Assembly (NCBI RefSeq): GCF_009914755.1
Contig: NC_060933.1
Length of the DNA stretch: 64,000 nucleotides
Reading direction: 5' to 3' (one strand)
Source of the DNA: the human T2T-CHM13v2.0 reference genome, Homo sapiens
The notes beneath the pieces were generated by a model. It ran no database searches. It was not told the DNA's origin and worked only from the letters and a program-made list of their open reading frames with translations. Positions 53,881 through 64,000 of this stretch are shown piece after piece. A program made the translations under genes and the position numbers. Every line of letters starts with the position of its first letter. Positions within the stretch are counted from its first letter, which is position 1.

Positions 53881-54693
53881 TTTTTTTTTATTATTATACT
53901 TTAAGTTCTGGGATACATGTGCAGAACATGCAGGTTTGATAAATAGGTATACACGTGCCATGGTGGTTTGCTGCACCCATCAACCCGTCATCTACATTAG
54001 GCATTTCTTCTAATGCTATCCCTCCCCTAGCCCCCTACCCCGCCAACAGGCCCCAGTGTGTGATGTTCTCCTCCCTGTATGTGATGTTCCCTTCCCTGTT
54101 TCCATGTGTTCTCATTGTTCAACTCCCACTTATGAGTGAGAACATGTGGTGTTTGGTTTTCTGTTCCTGTGTTAGTTTGCTGAGAATAATAGTTTCCAGC
54201 TTCATCCATGTCCCTGCAAAGGACATGAACTCATCCTTTTTTATAGCTGCATAGTATTCCATGATGTATATGTGCCACATTTTCTTCATCCAGTCTATCA
54301 CTGATAGGCATTTGGGTTGGTTCCAAGGCTTTGCTATTGTGTAGTGCTGCAATAAACATACTTGTGCTTGTGTCTTTATAGTCACATGATTTGTAATCCT
54401 TTGGGTATATACCCAGTAATGGGATTGCTGGGTCAAATGGTATTTCTGGGTCTAGATCCTTGAAGAATCCCAACTGTCTTCCTCAATGGTTAACTAATTT
54501 ACACACCCAACAGTGTAAAAGTGTTCCTATTTCTCCACATCCCCTCTAGCATCTGTTGTTTCCTGACTTTCTAATGATCACCATTCTAACTGGTGTGAGT
54601 GGTATCTCACTGTGGTTTTGATTTGCATTTCTCTAATGACCAGTGATGATGAGCTTTTTTTCATATGTTTGTTGGCTACATAAACGCCTTCTT
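53881..54693 (-). mobile_element. L1PA7/8-like, 5'-truncated, about 0.8 kb
   Basis: L1 3' UTR plus frameshifted ORF2 C-terminus. Perfect 19-bp TSD ttgtatatctctgactttt at 53862-53880 and 54694-54712. Confidence 0.95.
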
Positions 54694-55329
54694 TTGTATA
54701 TCTCTGACTTTTCTCCAAATGAGGTTTGAATTACACAACCTAATGACTTAAGCAACTGCAAATATCAAAGTTTGAAGGTAGCATTGGAGAAACTATTTTT
54801 TCCAGTGTCAACAAAATCAGATAAAACATTATATCAAACAAGCAGTGCTATGAAAAATGTTTCATTCGAAAATCACAAACAGGAGGGAACCCTTTTTTTT
54901 TTTGAGGACTTCAGGTCTATTTCCACAGTGAAATGAAGTGAAACAAATATATTCTTTTTAAAAATAGCAATGAAATGAAAGTGGGGAGGATGTTTCTCTT
55001 TTCTTCCCAGTTTCAACTAAATGTTATATCCTGGGTGAAATTCTTTAGGGTCCAATACCAATGAGAAGAAACAGGTTATCTAAATTTTCCTGGGGAAGCA
55101 CTCCAACTTTCTTTTGGAAATTAAACTTTTCACTTATTTTTCTTCCTAACTGAGCTTGCACACATTAATAATATGTATCTTAGGTGCTATATATGTTTAT
55201 CTTCTAGATAGCCAAGTATACTGAAAATGCACATCTCTCAATTACACAAATACATTAACTCCAAAGATTATTTTGTTACATTGGCATCAGACATGACAAC
55301 TTACACTAAGAAAGTTAACTCATCTTTTT

Positions 55330-55683
55330 GTTCAAGTCCCTTGCAGGGCCATGGATGAAGCTGGAAACCATCATCCTCAACAAACTAACACAAGAACAGA
55401 AACCCAAACACCACATGTTCTCACCCATAAGTGGGAGTTGCACAGTGAGAACACATGGACACAGGGAGGGGGCATCACACACTGAGGCCTGTCGGGGGTT
55501 TGGGGGGAAAGGGGAGATAGAGCATTAGGACAAATACCTAATGCATGCGGGGCTTAAAACCTAGCTGACAGGTTGATAGGTGCAGCAAACCACGATGGCA
55601 CATGTATGCTTATGTGACAAAACTACATGTTCAGCACATGTATCCCAGAACTTAAAGTAAAATAAAAGTAAAAATTAAAAAAA
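55330..55683 (+). mobile_element. L1PA8/10-like 3' end, about 350 bp
   Basis: catggatgaagctggaaaccatcatcctca...aatgcatgcggggcttaaaacctag...cccagaacttaaagt. 22-bp TSD aagaaag[t/c]taactcatcttttt at 55308-55329 and 55684-55705. Confidence 0.93.
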
Positions 55684-56809
55684 AAGAAAGCTAACTCATC
55701 TTTTTAATGAATAAAGTATATATATATGCATTTGTGATACTTGTGTTCAGCCTGTATTCATGACTAAAATTCACAAATGCAGATAAAAGATATCTAGAAG
55801 GTCTGCACCACAATGTTTCTGTATTCTGAAAATTAACTTACTTTTAACTTTTAAAAACTTTAAGTTAAAACATTTTAGATGGTAGATACAATCCAAAAGG
55901 CAAGTTACCTGAATATATTTAATATTTTTTATTTTGAAAAAGTTTTATAATTTATTTAAAAAACTTCTAATGAGAAAAGTTCTACTTGAAACATGGTAGT
56001 TAAGAAAAAAAATGAGATGTACCTGTGGGGCCAATAAATGTATATAATTATTCTATCAATAAGAACTCTTTTCAGGAATTAATTAGAAAGCCAGAGGAGT
56101 TTCTGAAAAAATGTTACTTTGTTACTAATTATAGAACATGAAAATTGGTGGGGAAAAATTGATAAGGGACAAAATAATGCCCTAGAAGTCATATATTTGA
56201 AGTTGGGAAGTTAAACAACAGCCTACAAGCAATTACTGATTTTCCAGACAGGAAAGTGGTTCATCAAGAAAGTCTCTTGAGATTTTCTGACTCTGAAAGT
56301 GAGATTTTACAAATGCTAATTTTAGGACAAAGTACCATATTCACACATTCTTTCATATGAATATTCTTCCTTACTGATAATTACTTGCACTTAGAGATAT
56401 ATTATTTCTTAAAATTTTAAATATTAAACATATATTTCAGTAAAAATGTATTATCTAATCCATTAGGGCAGCCCTCATCTTCTGCAAGTCTCTCTTCAGA
56501 GGTTACAGCAGTAGGTTTTTGTTAAAGTAGGTTTTTTTGATCAGTATGAGACATGGGCAGAGGAGGCATGAAGGCAGAGGCTCAAGTACAGGTTATGGCT
56601 GGGAAGTTACACACTAGGAATGGACCCTGGGCTATGATTTTGACTTCCAAAATCACTTACTCTAAATAAAATATTTTTTTTACTTGAATATTTTCATGAT
56701 GTAGTATATTTTTTTAAAGTGCTTTCTTAGAATCTATGACTCTGTTACAGAATTTGCATTAATGCTTATAACTCCCCCAAGGTCATCCCATATGGCTAGA
56801 TTAGCATTG

Positions 56810-57070
56810 AGGCTAAAATAATCATGAATTCTGAAGGCATATTATCTAGATGCAAATCCTGATCATAATGGCTTCCAGTAGTATGGTCTTGGATTACTCA
56901 AACATTCGGTTCCTCCATTTTTTCCTCTATAAAATGGGAACAATAATGATATCAACTTCAGAAGGTTATTACAATGATTAGATTAACAAACATTAGGTTA
57001 TTGTGATGATTAGATTAACAAACATAAAGTGCCTGGTACATAAAAGCATTATGAAAGTATTTCTATTATT
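56810..57070 (+). mobile_element. MIR with an internal 32-bp duplication
   Basis: ctataaaatgggaacaataat...ggttatt...aaagtgcctggtacataaaagca. Confidence 0.7.
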
Positions 57071-57852
57071 TCTCTAAATAGTGGCTCTTTGATATTTCAA
57101 TGTACTTCTTTATTCATGAATCTGTTCATTATTTTGTTAACAGTGGAACTCTTTTTAGAAGATTTCAGGTGAAAGTACAACACGAAAAAAGATCTGCTCT
57201 TTAAGAGTATAGAATAGGGGCCGTGTTCTGGAAGCTCCCTCACGTAGTGCTGTGGAAGTCTCTCACACCCCAGAGCATAAATAGAAGACAAATTCCTTAA
57301 TAAAATATTAAGTGCAGAATATATCTTCCTAGCCATATTCTCCTGAGATGCCTAAAGGAGTCTAGTGATCTACTAACAAGGTGTTTACAATGACATTTAT
57401 CATAGAAAAAAGATTCTTCCAGATATTTGAGAAAGAAAACTGTACAGCAAACACAAGTTTACAATCAATTAGAAATATGGGAGGGTCAATATTCATGTGA
57501 CTCACACGTAACATAATTTGATCTTGAGAAAAATTTAAGAAAAAGTAACCAAAAATTAACTGAGAGAAATGTGTTAAAAATGTACAAAGTTATTACCATA
57601 ATAATTACAAAACCACTAATGCAATTAAACAACTCTATATTACGATTGTAAGTACTTATTTATGAGTGATGCTTATTTCCAAAAATTTGAAAAGATGGAA
57701 GATTTATTTAAAGCCACTTACAAATGTCCAGTCTAAGTATGTAACTCTAGTTGTTCTTAAACATACGGATGTATATAAAGCACTCTATAACTCTATGTTT
57801 TTGAATTGTGCCTTTGTATGTTTTTATTTGTACTATTCTATTAAATACATAA

Positions 57853-58161
<309 letters not shown>

Positions 58162-58187
58162 AATTCCTTAATCTTAACACAGCCCCT

Positions 58188-58346
58188 GGGGCAGGTGTGT
58201 TGGCGCACGCTTGTAACCTTAACACTTTGGGAAGCCAATGCAGGAGCATCACTTGAGCCTGGGAGGTTGAGGCTGCCGTAAGCTGTGGTCTTACTACAAT
58301 GCACTGCAGCCTGGGTAACAGAGTGAGGCTCTGTTTGAAACAAACA
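58188..58346 (+). mobile_element. AluJ-age monomer (FRAM-like, or a left/right-arm recombinant)
   Basis: cactttgggaagcc...atcacttgagcctgggaggttgaggctgc...cagcctgggtaacagagtgag. Confidence 0.75.
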
Positions 58347-61300
58347 TAAGCCTCTTCAAAATGTTTGAAAAGATGATTAGATTTTATTTTACACATGAAC
58401 TCTGTTGCATATATTATTGATGCAGTTATTTATCTAGAAGTCTTATACTTTCTATACTTCAGAGGACTCTCTCTATGTGTATATATATAAATATATATAT
58501 ATATCTATATATCTATATGCATGCATACATATAAGTGTTTATCCTACAGATTATGTTCTTTTAACACAATGGTCAAAATGAAGAATAACAATTTCTGTTC
58601 CCTTCAATGTTACATTGTTATGTTTTTATTTTCCTTTTTATCCCTCAGGGTAAAACCATTTGCTAAGTGGCCCTTACTATATACAGGTGATGCAGAGTGG
58701 GTGTTTCTGTTTCACTTATAAATTTTCATTATTCTTTAGCTATTACACAGAGTGGCAAGGGAAAAACAAGGCAATATCCATGCAGTTACACTATATTGCT
58801 AGAAGAATATGGCTATAAGTTAAATATATAGCAGCAGATAATGGGGAAAAGGGTGAGATTTTGATTCATGGTACATCTACATTCCACTAATAACTATTCA
58901 GGTTATAATGGTATTCTTATGAATTTCAACACTGAAGCAAAGTGTAAGCAGTGTTTGTTGAAATTCACTCAATAGTGCTTCACTCTGTAAAGGCACTAAG
59001 CAATGACTGGAAGAATTCAAATCATCACTACTGTGGCACACAGCTCATTACCACTGCCATTAAAAGCGTCCTATGTCATTGCTTATGTCCTTTTCAGACA
59101 CATCATAGTGACATCAGTAGCCATTACTGCCTATAAAGTGACCAAAAAAAATCAGAGAGTATGTCACCAAATTTTAGACTTCTGTTTTAGTATGCATATT
59201 CATCTACTTTGTTTAAAAAAGCAAAATCCAAGTGTGCACAATCAAGCTAGAGAGTTGATTGAATAGGTTGCTAATGCATTCTTTCAATGTTCCCACCAAA
59301 AGAAAAATAGCATATTTGAATTTGATTTGGTATCTTTAGAAAAGAAGCAAGAATGTTACCTTTTTATATAGGTGAGAACAAATTAGGTATTCTGTTGCTC
59401 TCTTTGGGTGATCTCAATTTACTTAAAAAATCCTTTGGTTAGATAGCTATAATGTCTCTGGCACTGAAAGTTGTGACTAGAAAATAGTTTTCTACTTTAA
59501 AAACAAATGTCTTGGCTTTCCTCCAACATTTATTTTCAATAAATGCCTACGCATTTATCTTGCAGTAGGAGACCATTATCCAGTCACAATGCTCAATTCC
59601 TTTGACGTTATCTCTTAAGTAAAACAGTAATGTTAAGAATAAAGGACTTGGTGATTGAAAGAGTGGGCAAGTATGCTGGGTGGGTGAACAAATACTGTGG
59701 GTGAAAATCACCCCTTTAATCATCATCTGAAGTGGGAAAAGCACATGTTTTCTTCCCTTCAGACACACTGTGTAATGGGACGTTGGGGACAGGAGTTGGG
59801 GTAAGAGTTTGTACCCAAGTACAATGTCTAGTAAGTCCAGATTCCAGCATTTTCTTGAATAAATGGCATCTTCACCTACTCTCATATAACTTAATCTCTG
59901 ACATTATTTGGTGCTTTATGTGGCTTCTCTTGAACATTTGTGCTATGGAGATTCACACGGATTATAACAGCTCTGAAGACCTCCACTTGTCCTAATTAGG
60001 GTGCTCTCTTAATAAGGTCCCTCTGTACTACAACAATCTGTGTGCTGCTTCTCTTCTTCCAATTGTCAGTGGAGATTTTTCTCTTCCTGTATTTTAATTA
60101 ATTCAGGAGACTAAACCTATTTTAATAGGAAGTAGTGTCTGAGGTTATTGGTATCTATGTATATACATCTATTATCAGATTTATTTTCTGTATTTTGTAG
60201 CCAATTACTATTACAGTGGCGGGCGGGTATCATAGTGCCATTGTGAAGAGGAGATCCATTATGAAAAATCAGTAGGTCAGTGGGGATGGAAATATGTTTA
60301 AGAAAAAATAATTCACTCGACGTAAATCTGATCATATCACTTCTCTGCTTACATATTTCACTTAATAAATCTCTTGCTAGGTGTTAAATTCTGAGCTCCT
60401 TAACATAGAATGGCAAGAAACTTTTTAGCATAGAACACTAAGACATGCCAAGGGCTAGCTTATCTACCAGTCTACCACTACTTTGGGAAAGCAGTATCAG
60501 ACTATCAGTCACCACACCTCCAACCCCCATCTTGCACAGGGACCATAAACTGATATTTTGTCTGTCTAATACAGAAACACTGCAAGCAAGCTTTAAGACA
60601 AATCCTTTTGCCTCCCAAGAAGATTGCTGCCACAGGTAAAGTGATATAGAAGTGCCACCTAATGTTTACATTTTAGACTTTGGAATCCCACTCAAAATGT
60701 AACAAATTCAACTGTCTGATGGTTGAGACTGAAAATTGGATTTTTTTCATTTCTCTAAGTTTTTTTTTTTTTGTATACTAAAGTTTGAGAATGATTGTTT
60801 TATGGCTTTATTCAATTTTACTTTCCTTAATTTTCTCACACTCATCACCTCCAGTGATAATAATCTTTCTCTTTCCTAATTTCTATATCACCTTGTTTAT
60901 ACCACTTAAGTGGCACCCATCACATGTTTTTTTTTTGTGCTATAAATAATTGTAAATATGTCTCATCACCTATGGGGACAGAATCTGCATTTCTCATATA
61001 CTAGCACTTCTGCAGAACTTATCCAGAACCCTAGTCCATTGTAAAAAGCCATTTCATGATCACACAAAAACTTAAAAGGAAGCACTGTCTATATTTAACT
61101 TTCAGAGTAGAGGGGTATCCTGAAATGTAGGCTATCCAGTATCAGCATAGATGTAACCTTGGTCCTTGAAACTCCTTTTTCTGAAAGCTGCTTTCAGTTA
61201 TGCAAATGCTTGAAGAGGTAGGAACGGAAAGGACCCCAGGAGCTATGCTCCAGAGTGGTCAGAAATCCTTTGCTGATGTAGAACACCCAAGTCTTCCTTA

Positions 61301-62919
61301 GGATAATCTGTGAGAAACATCTTTTTTCAGCCTTAGTATCATAAAAAAATGTTCCTCTCCTGAACAAGCAGTTAATTTTTGTCATATAGAAATAATAACT
61401 CTTAGACTGGATTCTAAGGCATTCTGACCTTTATACAATTAGAAAGCTCAGAAGCAAATAAGCAGCCTAACTCTTATAGGTGCAGAGGTATGTGATATGG
61501 ATTTCTGCATACAAATGTTATTCCTGGCTTTATTTTTGGACAAATGGACATTTATTCTGATTTTCTCAATAGTTTGCCATACCCTTTTGTACTGTATCAA
61601 CTCCTCTGTAAGAGTCTCTAAATCCTTTGTGTAATTAGCTGGGATTCAAGCAAAGGGAAGAATTTTAAATTATTTGCATCCCCTTTTGTGTCAACAATCT
61701 GTTTTCTTCTGCCAGATAAGGTGTCATGGTCATCACTGTAAAATTTTAATTTTTGTATACATTGGTCATAAATATCTTTGGTGATGTAGTATCCTCTATA
61801 TTTTCTACGGTTCATTCTCCTCAGATGGACCAGAAAGGAATCTGTGTGGCCCTTCACTCTGATTACTACTCTTTTATTTTAAATATGAAATTGAAAATAT
61901 CAAATTTGAAAAGGAACTTCAAACAAAACACTATAGTACAATATAAATTAAACAGACATTATTAACTTAAATAACATTCATGTCATGTTAAAGTAGTAAA
62001 AGGAAAATATTCCCTCAGATAACGAGGTCAGCCAGTCTCAATATTTTAAGATCCTCTTTTTCTGAGAGTGTCCAGTTGTCATCAAAAATGAACTCTGATG
62101 ATCTTTCAATTACAGTGCTTTGGGCAAGTTTTTGTTCGTTTGTCTGTTTCATTTTAGATTGCTAAAGAATTTCTGTGAAAGTTCACAGAACCACTGGTAC
62201 CCTGAAGTCAAGTCTCAATTACCTTTGGCTTGGGGAATAGGGTTACATGAACACTTGCTGGTGATTTCCAGGCATCCCTTACTCAATTCCCTCAATATTC
62301 CCACCACCGAGCTTTTCTTAGAAGGGCTGTTAACAAGAAACCAAATGTACAGATTTGAGTTTTGCCTCATTTCACTTCTGCAAGATTACAGAAGGAAACT
62401 GAAATTTCTAAAATACATCTTGTAGGAAAGAGAACATAAAAAGAGGAAACAAAGGTAATCAGAACACAGAATAACTGGCACCTGAATTCCTGGGTATGGC
62501 CTGCACTGGGAATGCACTATAGAATCTGAAGGGATTAGTCACCATTTATTGAGCTTGTCTAGAAGGAGAGCAGGAAAAGCAGAAAGTACTTGGGAATGAG
62601 AACAAATAATTCTATGCATTAGATGTATTTTAGTTCTACAAAACGCAAAGGACACACTATCTGAACTTCCTTTCAGGTGTTCACGTGAACCTTCCTAGGT
62701 GGAGGGCTTTATTAATCAGGGAGGCCAAATAAAGCCTAGACACCCTGACACAGAACATGTTACTGAGTCAGTACAGCAAACCAAGAAGCCTTGGAAAGAT
62801 ACACATGTTAGCTGAGGAATAAAGAAGACTGAAATACTTATCTTCTCTTTTCAGTTAAAAAGGATTTGTGACATATTGTCTTAAAACATATTCTCTAGTG
62901 TATGTCTGTGCCAAAGATT

Positions 62920-63110
62920 ATAAGGGTCAGGAGCGTAGGCTATGGATTTGGTCAGCTGGGTTCATAATTTGGACTAGTCATTTTGGACTCATTGTTTAAA
63001 CTCTCTGTGCCTCCATTTCTGTATCCGTCCATTGGAGATAACATGAATATCCACCTTGATGGACTATATGAGGATTACATGATTAGTCTGGAACACAGTA
63101 AGAGCTTCCT
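62920..63110 (+). mobile_element. MIR
   Basis: gctgggttcataat...tttaaactctctgtgcctccatttct...atgaggattacatga. Confidence 0.65.
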
Positions 63111-63174
63111 CCATGAGAATCATATGATTCATATTTTAACTCTATCTTCATTCTGATATGCAAATAAAAGAATA

Positions 63175-63278
63175 CTATATTGTTCAGGCTGGTCCCAAAC
63201 TCTTAGCCCCAAGGAATCCTCCTGCCTTGACTTCCCAAAGTGCTGGGATTACAGGAATCCCAGCCTCTGCACCTGGCC
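63175..63278 (-). mobile_element. Partial AluJ/FLAM left monomer
   Basis: caggctggtcccaaactc...atcctcctgccttgacttcccaaagtgctgggattacagg...cacctggcc. Confidence 0.8.
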
Positions 63279-63479
63279 CTTGCATTTTTTATCAGCTTGA
63301 TTTTTGTCCCCCACATATCTTTGGAACCATTCCCTATGTGCACATGAAGAGCACCTTCACTTTTTAACAATTGTATAGTACATCGTAGCATAACTATAAA
63401 ATAATTTATCTGTCCAGCTTTGTATTGCTGGAAATTTAGGTTGATAGCTCGTAAACACAAACAATACTGCCAAAAAACC

Positions 63480-63531
<52 letters not shown>

Positions 63532-63575
63532 GTGTGTGTGTATATATATATATGTGTGTATATGTATATATATAT
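63480..63575. repeat. Compound (TA)n(TG)n microsatellite
   Basis: Uninterrupted alternating purine-pyrimidine run including (TG)13 at 63497-63522. Confidence 0.95.
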
Positions 63576-64000
63576 CTGTTATGTTTTCCCAATAATCAAT
63601 ATTTAATATCTAAGGCAAATTTATTTTTTCTCCTGGAAATTACAACAAAATCTGCCTCATTTGTTTTCATAACATTTTGCATTCTTTGGCTTCTGGAGTT
63701 AGTCCAGAGACAAACTCTTCACTCTGTTGCCTTCACACAAAATAGCTGGTTAAGTTTTATTTGTAAATCTCAGTAGATTCCTAACACACTCAGAGAAGAA
63801 AAAGCAAACTCAGAATAATTTACCAAATATGAATGTAGAAACGTGTAAGCATGACGAATTAATGATAACTATGAATTATGTCTACATAGTTCACATTACA
63901 GTACCATAGTCTCAGAACTATCTTGACTTCTCTCAGAGTTGTAATAATTTTAAATGTCTGGAAGAAGATTCTCTTCTTAAATATGTAGGAAAGGAATTGA

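Noticed and set aside
58620-58692. Plus-strand acceptor ttttcctttttatccctcag followed by a 38-nt exon-like stretch
   Set aside because: The donor (CAG|GTGATG) is weak, there is no partner exon, and I do not recognise the peptide.
60640-60797. Possible MER5-type remnant ending taaagtttgagaatgattg
   Set aside because: Only one terminus is recognisable, which is too degraded to call.
63203-63776. 129-aa and 118-aa ORFs
   Set aside because: Both are held open by the TA/TG microsatellite, and the first also by an Alu fragment; low complexity.

Overview
Primate, almost certainly human, AT-rich and CpG-poor genomic DNA, typical of a gene desert or the deep intron of a large gene or lncRNA. I find no intact protein-coding gene, RNA gene, CRISPR array or CpG island. 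The only real protein homology is a disabled, 5'-truncated L1PA ORF2 (35078-37199, minus strand; two nonsense codons and one frameshift). The rest of the ORF track is explained by Alu, L1 or microsatellite sequence, or by chance. The window records many layers of transposons: MaLR LTRs (THE1, MLT1A-type x2, MLT1C), old L1M/HAL1/L2/MIR fragments, DNA transposons (MER44, MER20, MER6, MER30), ten Alus or Alu monomers and four L1PA insertions. Many still have readable target-site duplications (TSDs). I cannot support a previously undescribed biological system here. The best second-look items are: a near full-length MER6 carrying a captured V-SINE core and tail; an AluY that has lost its 3' end, tail and TSD; several fold-back (template-switch) footprints, including a 19-bp-stem hairpin; a 3x25-bp E-box-containing minisatellite; a motif-dense candidate enhancer near 30.1-30.3 kb; and a speculative pair of frame-compatible minus-strand exons at 46.4-47.4 kb. 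All family and subfamily calls were made by eye from remembered consensus sequences and need RepeatMasker/Dfam confirmation. Boundaries of L2, MIR and L1M fragments are approximate.
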